64,000 nt of DNA, from assembly GCA_020057405.1 (NCBI GenBank), contig JAGVFW010000008.1, positions 1 through 64,000 on the forward strand. Direction: 5' to 3'. A program made the translations under genes and the position numbers. Source of the DNA: an archaeon (lineage in GTDB: Archaea > Micrarchaeota > Micrarchaeia > Norongarragalinales > UBA97). Under the pieces are notes generated by a model. The model searched no databases. It was not told the origin of the DNA and saw only the letters and a list, made by a program, of their open reading frames with translations. Within the stretch, counting starts at the first letter, position 1. Each line of letters starts with the position of its first letter. This document shows positions 1-11,400 of the stretch, piece after piece.

Positions 1-46
1 CCGCGCGGCCGCTAATACCTCAAAAACTAGCGGCAGAGAAAAAGAT

Positions 47-86
47 GCCGATTCATCCCACGACTAAACTCGTGGGGTTTCTCGAC
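47..86 (-). mobile_element. IS200/IS605-family end-like hairpin (remnant/PATE-like, or end of an element lying left of the window)
   Basis: + strand GATTCATCCCACGACTAAACTCGTGGGGTTTCTCG; reverse complement GAGAAACCCCACGAGTTTAGTCGTGGGATGAAT. The CCCACGA...TCGTGGG stem followed by ATGAAT resembles IS200/IS605 subterminal hairpins. No tnpA/tnpB in the window. Confidence 0.5.
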
Positions 87-136
87 CAGTAGGCACTAAA
101 TCGCCCAACACGCGAGTTACCCTGAGCACGAGCGGA

Positions 137-361
137 ATGATTGCCGTGGCAACACCGGCCGGAAGCTACAGATATCAAAAGAGACCAGTGACTAAAACCG
201 AAGTCAATCGATTGAGAACTGCCTTGCGGGCAACAATTGCCAAAGTCCGCGAAATCCGAATGCAAAAGCCAGGGGGCAAACAGAACAAGCAGTACCTCGA
301 ACTGGAGGAACTGCTCGAAAAACTACACGAAACGCACTTCGGCCCAAGCGCAGGAAAATAA
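137..361 (+). CDS. Small basic hypothetical protein (alternative GTG start at 188)
   Basis: Helical-looking ORF ending 27 nt before the fibrillarin start; no recognisable motif. Confidence 0.35.
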   Translation: MIAVATPAGSYRYQKRPVTKTEVNRLRTALRATIAKVREIRMQKPGGKQNKQYLELEELLEKLHETHFGPSAGK

Positions 362-388
362 AGCCTTCCCGCACATAAACTAGTTCTC

Positions 389-1063
389 ATGCACCAAATC
401 TTTCCCGGCGTTTACTCGCTTGGCGGCAAAGAGTTCGCAACCCTTAGCCTGGCTCCGGGCATAAAAGTTTACGGCGAGGACACCATTAGGCAGGGCGCTA
501 GCGAGTATCGGGCTTGGAATCCTTTCCGAAGCAAGCTCGGCGCGGCAATTGCAAAAGGCATCCAAAAGCTTCCGATTGGGCCCGGGAGCAACGTGCTTTA
601 CCTCGGTGCAGCTAGCGGCACTACTGCAAGCCACGTGAGCGACCTCGTCGGCGCAAACGGCATTGTATTGTGCGTCGAGTTTGCGCCGCGCACCATGAGG
701 GACCTCGTCAAGGTCTGCGAGCAACGGCCGAACATGCTGCCGATGCTTAACGACGCGAGGCTGACGGACGATTACGCTGACGTCGTCAACGATGCTTGCG
801 GGGGCGCGGTTGATGTTGTCTTTGAGGACGTCAGCGACCCCGAGCAGGCGCGCATCCTGATTGCAAACGCGCGCTTCTTGCGCAAGGGCGGCATCGCCAT
901 GATTGCGGTTAAGGCACGCAGCATCAGCGGCACGGGTGATGTGAAAAAGATTTTCGCGCAAGTGGAAGAGCAGCTTTTGGCTGCGGACTTCAAGCTAATT
1001 GAAAAACTTGACCTCGAGCCGTTTGAGTTGGACCACGAGATGCTCGTGCTGGAAAAAATTTAG
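389..1063 (+). CDS. flpA: Fibrillarin-like rRNA/tRNA 2'-O-methyltransferase
   Basis: Motifs VYGE, EYRAWNPFRSKLGAAI, VLYLGAASGTTASHVSD, VEFAPR, LEPFELDH. Confidence 0.97.
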   Translation: MHQIFPGVYSLGGKEFATLSLAPGIKVYGEDTIRQGASEYRAWNPFRSKLGAAIAKGIQKLPIGPGSNVLYLGAASGTTASHVSDLVGANGIVLCVEFAPRTMRDLVKVCEQRPNMLPMLNDARLTDDYADVVNDACGGAVDVVFEDVSDPEQARILIANARFLRKGGIAMIAVKARSISGTGDVKKIFAQVEEQLLAADFKLIEKLDLEPFELDHEMLVLEKI

Positions 1064-1069
1064 AAAAGG

Positions 1070-1122
1070 CGCGGCAAAAGCCGCGAAATGCAACTAAAGT
1101 ATTAGGCGCTTAGCGAGCGCCT
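1070..1122. terminator. Two GC hairpins between convergent genes
   Basis: CGCGGC-AAAA-GCCGCG (1070-1085) and AGGCGCT-TAGCG-AGCGCCT (1104-1122) lie between the stops of flpA and the DsbA-like gene. Confidence 0.45.
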
Positions 1123-1142
1123 TGCTTTCGGCTTAACTTGCC

Positions 1143-2282
1143 TTAGGGCTTGGGCGTCGGGCTTGCCTTTGGCGTTGCGGACGGGCTCGCTGCGGGTGTC
1201 GGGCTTGCCGTCGCGTTGGTCAGGGCGAACTTGTCGCACTTGTCGGGGTATGCCTTGCAGAGCTGGTCGGCCAATTGTTGTTCGGTGAGGGCGACGAAGG
1301 CGTACTTGCAGTCGGCAACAAAGATGGGCGCCGAACGCAGGCCGTAGGTGAGGGACCCTTCGGTAAAGTCGCGGTTGACGACTAAGCCATTCTTCTCGTC
1401 GCTAAGACACGTCGTGAATTTCGCCATGTCGGCAACGCCGATTGCCTTTGCAATCTCAAGGTATTTGGCGGTTGAGAGGTTAGCATTTGCCAAGTAGGCG
1501 GCTTGCGAAAACGCGTCGAACTTGCCCTGGTCGCGGGCGCACTCGGAGGCGATGGAGGCGTTCCACGCGTTAGGCCGGCTCTTTAGCGGTAAGTGACGCT
1601 GGGTGAACTCTATTGCGTTGCCGTGGGTTGCAACGTAGTTCTGCAGCTGCGGGTACATGGCCGCGCAGAATGGGCACTCGAAGTTAGTGAACTGGTAGAG
1701 GTTCACTTTACCGGCCGGCAGCTTGCACTCGGTTTCAAGCATGCGCTTGCGGTCGTAGACGAAGCCGAGCGCCTCGATGCGGAAGCCTTCGATGTTGCCG
1801 TCGAAAGCCTGGTTTTCCTGCTGCACGGATTTAAGCAGGACAGGGTCGCGGGAAGCTTCGGCCTTGCTGATGTAAAGCGCCGGAATTTCGTTAAAGCCGT
1901 CCTTTCGGTATTGGCCCATGTCTTTACTGCGGTCGGAAAGGGTGATTTGCAGGTTCTGGCTCGCCAGCTGGGCCTGCGCCGCGGCGATTTTCTCGACAAC
2001 GTCTTTGGTGAAGTTGTCGCTTGAGTCGTAGAAGAGCTTGAGCTTGACTGTCGGGGGAGTGAGGGCCTGCTCTACGAGGGAAAGGCGGTTTTCGATTGCG
2101 AGGAGCCGGTCTGAAACGTCGGTGTTGCCGGTAGTCGAGATGCGGTTGTTAAGCTGGTTTACCTGCACGACGAAGTAGGCCGCGAAGGCGAGTAGGAGCG
2201 CAAAAGCGATTGCAAAGCCGATAAACGCGGTCGTGCGGTCAAGAGTGTTGCCCAATTGCTTTTGTTCATCCATTTCTACCAT
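1143..2282 (-). CDS. Membrane-anchored DsbA/thioredoxin-4 family oxidoreductase
   Basis: N-terminal TM helix and coiled coil; FTNFECPFCA (CxxC); RHLPL; ASECARDQGKF; cis-Pro motif SAPIF; Pro/Ala/Ser/Thr tail. Confidence 0.9.
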   Translation of the reverse strand: MVEMDEQKQLGNTLDRTTAFIGFAIAFALLLAFAAYFVVQVNQLNNRISTTGNTDVSDRLLAIENRLSLVEQALTPPTVKLKLFYDSSDNFTKDVVEKIAAAQAQLASQNLQITLSDRSKDMGQYRKDGFNEIPALYISKAEASRDPVLLKSVQQENQAFDGNIEGFRIEALGFVYDRKRMLETECKLPAGKVNLYQFTNFECPFCAAMYPQLQNYVATHGNAIEFTQRHLPLKSRPNAWNASIASECARDQGKFDAFSQAAYLANANLSTAKYLEIAKAIGVADMAKFTTCLSDEKNGLVVNRDFTEGSLTYGLRSAPIFVADCKYAFVALTEQQLADQLCKAYPDKCDKFALTNATASPTPAASPSATPKASPTPKP

Positions 2283-2330
2283 CCCCAGCCATTAAAGTGA
2301 AAAAGCGTAATCCAACAATGCCGCAGAACG

Positions 2331-2394
2331 CATAAAAGGCTTTTCGTGAAACCGCGGGCCGATGTCATGAAACTGCGGGGCGATGGTTTTTAAG
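2331..2394. promoter_or_regulatory. Divergent promoter with a 21-bp tandem direct repeat
   Basis: TCGTGAAACCGCGGGCCGATG (2344-2364) and TCATGAAACTGCGGGGCGATG (2365-2385) match at 18/21. They are flanked by TATA-like TTTTTAAG (2387-2394, +) and TTTTATG (minus, 2331-2337). Confidence 0.55.
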
Positions 2395-2412
2395 CCCCAT
2401 TACTATATTCTA

Positions 2413-5400
2413 GTGGTTCAGATTTGGGAGGGGGAAGGGGCTATTTTCGACGCCATCCGCGAGAAGTGGGAAGACTTTCTTGATTGGAGCGATGAGAAGG
2501 GACTACCCGTCGCTTCAGCGGCCGACTGGCTGGAAAGCCACGGCGTGCCCAGCCTGCCCGTTTTCGCACTGATTTTGCTGATTCTACTGGCGGGCATCGC
2601 GTTTGTCGCATTCCCGCTTGTTTCGGGGCCCTCTACTGGCGACATCAAGGTAACGCTTGCCGACGCAAACGACAATCCCATCTCAGAGGCCACAGTGCGC
2701 ATTGCAAGCACGGGCGATTCTGCTTTTGCGGTAAAGACGCAGGCAACAGATGCTGACGGCGTAGTAATATTTACGGGCATTCCTGCTGGGCCGGTGAGCG
2801 TGCTTGCAACAGCCGACGGCTTTGCCGACGCTGAAGACCACATTGAAGTTGTCGGCGGCAAGCAGCAGGAAGTCCAGTTGTCCGCAACGGTTTCCATACC
2901 CAAGACGGTTTCCGTGAGCCTCGAAATCAGCGGGCCGACGGACCCCGACCAGATTTCAACCATCTTGTTTGACGAGAACTGGAACCCGATTACGGCGGAG
3001 CAGCACGGCGAAAAACCGACGTTTACAGTTGACGCCAACACCAACTTCCACGCGCGCATCACCGCGCCCGGCTTTAGCCAGCAAAGCATCTCCAACCAGG
3101 CAGTTACAGAAAGCGACAAGTTTTTGGGCAGCTTCCAGCTTAAGGCCGAGGACACGACCAAGAAAGGCACGGTACACGTTGTTGTCACTGACTTCGACGG
3201 CAAGGCAGTCAAGGGCGCTAGCGTTGTCGTAAGCGAGCGCGTTTCCGACGGCAACGGCAAGGAATTGTTTACCGGCAAAACTGGAGAGGACGGCTCGATA
3301 TCACCGCAAGACGCAGTGCTTGGCACCCTCATCACCGCGAAAGTCACTGCAGCCGGCTATTCTCCCAAAGTAAGCGACGCGGTGACTATCGTTGCGGAAA
3401 CGGCAATCACTATTGAGATACGCAGCTTAACCGGACCGCAGAAGCTCACCGTCAGCCTCGTCGATGGCGACGGCAAGCTCGTTGCAAACGGCCTTTTGCG
3501 CCTCTACGCGCGGCAGCCCGATGGTGCGATGGCAGTCGTTGACGAGAAAAAACCGTTTAAGGAAACAGTCGATTTTGAGCTAGAGCAGAACCGCGAGTAC
3601 GCCCTCTCGGCTTACGCGACGGGATTCTTGCCCCAGTTCTTCCAAAAGCTCGAGCCGGGCGGCAAGAGTATTACTTTAGTGCAGGCGACGCCGGCAAAGA
3701 GCGCGAGGCTGCGCGTGCACGTGAGCAACTTTGATTCCGCGGACGCCTCAGGTGCAAGTGTCGCACTCTTTAGCGCCGACAGGCTGCCGCTTGGGCTTTC
3801 GGAGAAAACCACGGGCCCCGACGGCGTCCAGTACTTTGACGACGTACCGCTCACAAAAGTCATTGCAATGGCCGCCTCGCAAGGCAGGTTCGGCGAATCG
3901 CCTGTCACTGTCTCAAGCGGAAACTCTTCGGTCGAAGTGCTTTTGCCAAGAGGCAACGGCAGGGTGCTGCTGACGGTAAAAGACAAGTTCTCGCTAAAGC
4001 CGGTCAAGGGCGCTGCAGTGCGCGTAAGCGCTTTTGAGGAACGCGCCTGCACTACCGACGACAAGGGCCAGTGCGCAGTTGAGGCGACCGAATTTGCCGG
4101 CGCACGCGCGATTGCCTCCGGTGCAGGTTACGAAACTCTATCTACCGCCCAGTTTGACGTCCGGCCCGGGGTGGACACGAAAGTCGAGGCGCTCTTGTTC
4201 CCCACTTCAGTCACCGCGAGCACCAAGCTTGAGTTCAACGGCTTTTACGACACTTCGGGCAACAAAGTGACTACGCTTTCGCCCGCTAGCGTCTACCGGG
4301 CGAAGTTCACTCTCCGCTCCCCGCCAATTGACTATAGCCAAGCGCGCGCTTTTGTTTCAGTTGGGGAGCTGACCGCAACTCTTGAAGGCTCGCCGGTCAC
4401 CATCACGGCCTACGACGCGGCCGGGGCGCAAAGGGTTTACACTGGCACCGACTTCCAGCTGGCCCGACAACTGAATTCGGCAGGCGACAACACGACTTTT
4501 GACGCAGCGGCTGCAGCAAGCGTGCCCAACGCCAAGGAATACAAGTGGGTGGACTTTGTTTTCGACAAGTTTTCCGGCGGGAGGGAAATTTCAGTCACAA
4601 TCACGACAAAAGCTTCGCCTTCCGCAAAGAGCGCACTAAACTACCGCACGGAATTCTACACTACGGACGGCGTGCTTAGAAGCCCTGCGGACGCCGAGGC
4701 GGGAAAAAGCAAGAGCGAACTGTTGGCCGCGACTGACTCGGCACCAATCGACTTGAGCTTCCAAGGCACCTGCCAGGATGACTTGTGCGTCCAGGCATTT
4801 CTTGAGACTCTCGACGGGACTCGGGCGCAGACGGGATTCCAGACTCCGCTCGGCCGCGAGTTCTACCTCAAGTTCAAGGCCGCTTCATTCGGCACGCCCT
4901 TTGAGGCGCAACTGCTGACGAGCGGAGTTGCAGTCGGGCTCTTGCGCGGCACGAGTGGCGGGGCCGAGACGAGCCCCAAGCCCGCCCCTGACGGCACACT
5001 CGCAGTCAGGATGCCGGCCTCGGGCGGGGAAGGCACGTTTACCTTGCGCGGCCAGCGCGTTTCAAGCGATGCCTACGTCAAGCTCACGCTTTACCGCGGC
5101 GATGCAGTTGCTTTTGAGAAAACGCTGTTTCTGCGCGTGAATGCTGAGGGAACGCCGACACTGTCTATTATTGCAAACCCGCGAACGCTTGTCGCACTTG
5201 CGGCAACGCCGGTTGTAATCACAGTCCGCGACTCTCTTGGCGTACCCGTCACGGGGGCGCGCGTCTCCCTCGGCGGGGTTGGGAATGATGCGCTTGGCCG
5301 CATTGACGAGGCGACTGAAGACGTCACTCTACCAGGCACTTACCGCATTGAAAGCGTGACTGCCGAGAGCGCAGGCGTAATAGCGTATGCAGTTGACGCG

Positions 5401-8400
5401 GCGGGCTTTGCAATCGCGCGGGGCACCATTTCCGTAAACGCGCACAACCTCATCTCCGTTGGCGAGACGAGCTTGGCTGTCGAAGTGACTGCCAAGGGGC
5501 AGGAGACGCGTACGCCGATTACGGTCACCAACCTTCTTGACAATGAAATCAGCGTCTCGCTTTCGGTAACGCGCGATGGCATTCCCAATTTGCTCGACAT
5601 TGGCGCGGAGCCTTCGCAGGCGGCAAGAATGCCCTCACGGGGCGTCCTAAACGCCTATCTTAGGGCCGCAATTGCGGATTACGTGCTTGGCTTGGCGGCG
5701 CAGGGCGACACGATTAAGGACAGTATTAGCGGCCGCGTGCGCGTCATCGGCAAGTTAGGTGCGGTGAGGCAGGCAGTTGAAGTGCCATTCACGGCCAAGG
5801 CAACTTTAGTGCGGACTGCAATTTCTGACGCGTGGGGCATTGACGCAAGCGCCCTTAACATCGAGCTCTCGCCCCCCGATGTTGCAGAAAAGACGGTCGA
5901 GGTGCAAGTGCGCAACACCGGCCCGCACCCGCTTTTAATCAACCAGCAGGTAAACGGGCTCAAGGGCGTCTTTGTTAACCCGCCATCACAGCAAGTGAGC
6001 CCCGGCGCTACTACGGCGATGCAGATACTCGCACGCGTTTCGGGCGCTTCTTCATCAAACCAATGCGTCTTTGACGCGACAACGACTAAAGGGACAATCC
6101 GCTTTTTCGCAACATTCCAGGGCATCTCAAGCAACAAGGACCTCCCCGTCACCCTATCCCTTACTGCAAAAGGCGTGTGCCGGCCGACCGCAGAGCAACT
6201 GCTGACCATGCCCATTGCAACTCGTTTTGAATTGCCCGCAGATGCCAAGGTGCGCAAGAATGATGACGGCAGCACCACAGTCCAGATGTCCGACGGCAGG
6301 CGAGTGCGCTTTTCTGCCGGAGCGACGGTGGCGACAACCGCGGTTACCGTGCCCCCTGAAACAGAATTCTACGCCGAGGGCACTGCGGCGACAACTGCAA
6401 CTGACGGCTTCAAGTTCACCCCGCCAGTTGGCCTTATTCTAGTACTCCCAGCCGGCGTGCCGGTTATTTCAAGAGGCGATTCAAGCGCGGCCATCATCGG
6501 AACCACTCAAGTACTCTTCCCCTCAACACTCGCGTTCTCACAGGATGCCGGCGGCAGGGCGGTGCGCGTGCCACCGGGAACTATCGTGCAGATAACGGCA
6601 TTGCCGCAAGTGAGCCTCGAGTCGAACACGCTTGCAATCTTGCCCGCAAAGATAGTGTTCGACTTTAGCCGAAACGCCATTGTCCGCGAAAACGACGACG
6701 GTTCGTTCTCAGTCGAGTCTGCTGGCAATGCAATTGGCTTTAGCGCGCAATCACAGCACGCGCCCCAAGGGTCCGACGGCAGCGTGCAAGTCACTGTCCC
6801 TTCGGGCACCGGCGTGCTCTTCCCGACGGCGGTCTTTAGCGGCAGGGCAAACAATGGCTTTGAACTCCGCGTGCCCGCCTCACTCTCGATTGAAATTCCG
6901 TCCGACGTTGAAGTCGCAACTCGCGGCACGACAATTGCTGCATTCCTCCCCGACTATGACCTGCTGCTTCCTGCTGGAACGACTTTCAAGGCAAGCGCCG
7001 GCGGAAAGACTGCAGCTGTCGGGCCAAACGCAATTGTTTCATTCAAGTCAGTCACAGGCATTTCATTGACCGGCAACGCGTTTGCAAACCTGCCATTTGC
7101 CTTGAGGCTCGTGCTCCCAGGCGGGGCGCGCCTTGACGGTAGCGAAGTCGGAAAAACTGCGACCCTAGCATCGGGAGAGACAATCGGATTGCCACCGGAT
7201 GCAACAGTAAGCGACGCCCAGCTTGACGGCACGCGCGTTACCACAGTGCCACCCTACTCACAAGTGTCGCTTCCAAAAAGTTTCTTCACTCCCGTTACCG
7301 GCGGCGGGTTCAACCTGAAGCCAGCCGTTCCCTATGCCCTTGGATTCCCTATCGGGACACGGCAAGTCGAGGCAGGCAACGACCTGCTAATGCTTTTGCC
7401 AGACTATGACTTGCGCGTGCCAAAGAACACGCGCCTTGCCCCCGACTCAGGCCTCCTCTTCACCACTCAGATGGCGGCAGGCACGCAAACGCGCGCCGCT
7501 CCCGCGCCCGAAATTTCAGTTGCCGACTTGGGCCGCGTAACTCTCCCATTTGACTTGACTGCCACGCTTCCCGCGGCCGCGCGGGTCAACGAGCGAAGCG
7601 ACGGCATTGCAGTGCTCGTGCGCGACGGGCTGACGATCGGCTTTTCCGCACCTGCCGAGCTTTCGCACGACAACGGTTCGACAATAAACGCGCCGGCTGG
7701 TGCCGCAGTGCTTCTTCCGGCCTACTTGATTGAATCAACTCCTGACGGCAGCCTGAGGCTCACGCTGCCGATTGACGTTTCGCTGTCGTTTGACACTGGC
7801 GTGCAGCTCCAGCGCGGGCCTGCAGGCAACTCGTTTGTCTCCGACGACTACAAGCTTGACGCGGGTAGCGCAACGCGGGTTGACGTGAGTAAGGCGGGCG
7901 TGCTGCGCGCAATAGTCCCCGCCGGAACCGCGCTCACGCTAACCTCAACTGCAAACGCGATTGCCGCAGGCGACGAAGTCTCGATTCCCGCGCAACTGTC
8001 CCTGCAGTTGCCGGTTGATGCCATCGTGCGGGCTCGGGCCGACGGCAGGCTCTACGTCGAGGCCAGGGGAATGCGCGCGCTCTTTGGCGCCGGCGCAACT
8101 GCCGATGCCGGAAAAATAACTGTGCCTGAAAACACTCAAGTGATTTTCTCGCGCGGCATTGTCGGCCAACTCCGCAACGCTGGCCTTGCGCAAGGCCGCG
8201 ACTTCAAGCTCACCATCCCGATTGCCTACGCACTCGCATTTCCTGCAGGTGCGGGGGCGCCCGTTGCGACAAAGCGCGGCACAACCGCAATTGCATTCCG
8301 CGGCCTCGTAATTGAGTTCCCGCCAACAGCGCAATCTTCCTCAGGCGATTCGGGCACGCTAGTGTCAATGACGGGCGGCAGTGCGACCAACTTCATCACT

Positions 8401-11400
8401 TGGATAAACGGCATTCCCGCATCCGAACTTGGCGGGATAATCGACGCGGCTGATGCGGCCTTAACGCCACGCGAGCGACTCGCCCTTGCTGCAAAGGACA
8501 ACATTGCAGTGACCCTGCCGTTCCAGCTCGAGCTGCTCGTGCCCCCGTCGTTCTCAATGACAACTGCGGATGACACGGGCTCTGGGCCCGCAGTGTGGCT
8601 CTCAAGCCGGGTTGCAATAGCCTTCGGGCCAACCTCGCAAGTTGCAGGCAGCGTGCCAAAGACAATAACCGCCCCCGCAGGCACCCAGCTCTCGCTTCCC
8701 GCATCTATGCTTTCACGCTCGCCCGACGGCGGCTACGCAATCACGATTCCATTCTCAACCGCGGTTCTCATCCCGGAGGACACCGAAGTAGTCAACGACA
8801 AGCAGACTTACGCACTGCTTTCAAACGCGCGCCAAGAGCTCGCCCTCCCAGCAGGCACGGCATTTATTCAAGTGCAGGACTTGCTTCGCGCCGACCTGCA
8901 GCCAAACACGCGCATTGAAGTCAACCCAATTGGCGCCGCGCAGCTTGACGGCCTGGTGCCCGTGCGCCTGCCCGTTGATGCGGAGCTACTGTTTGCAAGC
9001 GGCGTTCGCGCATTCACTAGCGGTGCGAGCACGGTCGTGCGCCTGCCTGACGGCTCAACCGCACAATTCCCGGGAACAATTGACGCACAAACTGGCCCCG
9101 GCGGAGTGCGGGTGCTGCAGTGGACTGGCGGCACTGCGGCCATGCTGCCGCGGGCGGCAGTGACTTCGGACGCTAATGGCGGCACGCAATTCTCGCTTCC
9201 CATCGCGGCAAACGTCATCCTTCCCCCGGACGCACGAGTGGTGCAACGAAGCGGCCTCGTCGCAGTGCTTGCGGCGCAGCGCGCGCAAATTACTCTTCCG
9301 ACTAGCGCCAAGCCTGCCTCAGACAAGCGTGGCTTTATCGCAAGCGTGCCCGCAGGCGGCAGGATTTCAGTGAGCACGTTTGGCCTCGACGTGATTGGAC
9401 AGCCCATTGTCGTGCCATTTGAGATGCACGTGAACGTGCCCGCAGACGCGATTGTTGACGAGAACGCCCCCGGCGGGGTTGTCGTTGAATTCTCGGCCAA
9501 CAGCCGCGCGAAATTCTCTGGCGGCGTGTTTACCTCACCAACCGGCCTTGGCACTGGCGCCAGCCTCTATGGCCTGCAGTACGGCAACGGGTTCTTCGGC
9601 TCGCAGCTAAGCCCATACGGGGCTGGATGGCAGCAAAACCAAAACCAGTTCGCGCAGCAAGTGCGGCTCAACTTGCTAACCGTGCCGGCGTTCTCGCAAG
9701 TTACGCTCGCCCCGAGCTTAATGCGGCCGCTTGGCTACTCGCAGGGCGGCCTTGCGGGTGCAAGCGCCTATGAGTTCTCGCTCCCCGTGATGTGGACCGC
9801 AATTCCGCAAAGCACTGGCGCGATTTACAACAACCCCGACAGAAGCTACAGCATTTTCGTGCAAAACAACGAGATAGTCTTTCCCGCGGGAACCCAGTCA
9901 AGTCCCTTGTCGCAATTTGGAGGCGGGTTGGGAGCGCAGCAGCTTATAGTCCCGGCTTTTGCGCCGGTTCGAGTACTCCCAGTCTTTAACGGCGCGTCTC
10001 CGTTTGAGCGGCGGCCGCTGCCCTTTGAGATGGCGATGCAACTACCCCAAGGCGCACGCGTGCTGCCGAGGGGGCAGGATGGCACGCGCACGATTGACTT
10101 TGGCGGCGGCAGGCGCATGGTGCTTGACCGCGACCTCTTCGTCGACGAACGCAGTGTAAGCGGCCCGACGCCACCGCAGCTAAGTGAATTGGTAATCACG
10201 CAAGGGACGCTAGTTGGCTTCTCCCCCGGCATTTACCGCCCGCTCCCGCCCCAGTTTGCAAACCCGATGGAAACTGCAAGCCTGCCGCAAAACTTGTGGG
10301 GCTTTGCACTCCAGTTGCCTGCCGCGATAAAGATTCGCGTTCCGTCTGACACGCGCTTTGCCAAGAATGCCGACGGGTCGCAAAGCGCTTTTGTGCAAAA
10401 CTTTGAAATCCGCGTACCCGCAGGCACGAGCCAACCGCTAACGGAGAACGGCCAGAATGGCGTGCGCACTCTTGCAGTAGCGCCAAACGCGCAAGTTTTG
10501 GTCGTGCCCCTTGCGCTCTCTGACTCTTTCGAGCGAATCGAGCTCGCAGTGCCATTTGACGTGACGTTTGCCCTCTCGGCCGACGCGCGCGTGCTGCCAA
10601 AAGCAGCGGACGGCAGCTGGGCGATTGAGGTGCCCGGACGCGGCTCGATTGCGTTTAGGCCAGAGTCCGAGCTTGCTGCCAACAAAGTGAATGTCCCTGC
10701 AGGCAGCGGCTTCTTTGCGTCGCGCGAACTGGCGAAGGCGGACAAGAGCGTCGACGAATTTGGCACGCGCGCAACCGCATTCACGTTCACCGCGCCAATG
10801 TCAATGTCGATTAAGAGCGATACCCAACCTCAGGGAACGGGTGCAAGCCGCTCGCTCACTAGCGGCACTGTTGAACTAGTGCTGCCGGCGGGTGTGCAGT
10901 CAAGCAAGCTGGGCAACGCTTACGTAACGATAGTTTCCGCCGGCTCGCAACTCGTGCTTCGGCCGATTGACGCGAGCTTCGGGCAAAACCTGCAGGACAT
11001 TTTCCTCCCAGGCGAGGCAGCGTTTAGCCTGCCCACCGACGCCAAGGCGTTCGGGACATCGCCTGCCGGCGAAATGCCAGTCAAGTTCGCCAGCGGCCAA
11101 GGCATTGTCTTTAAGGGCGGCTCGCGCGTTGAAGGCGATGGCGCTACCAGAAAAGTCATTGTACCAAACGGCGCGTCGTTGGCGCCATCTTATGCGCTCC
11201 TAAAGACTGCAAGCACTACGGTCCGACAGCAAATTCAGCGCACTCAAACAGTGCCGCAGGGCTGGCGCTTTGCAACCCCCTCGCAACTGACGGTTACATT
11301 GCCCGCTGCAACGCGCGTCGAGACCGGCGACAACGGCTTTTTAGTGCAGGGCCAGTACGAGTCGTACTTGCTGCCTAGAAACGCCCAGCAGTCGCTTGGC

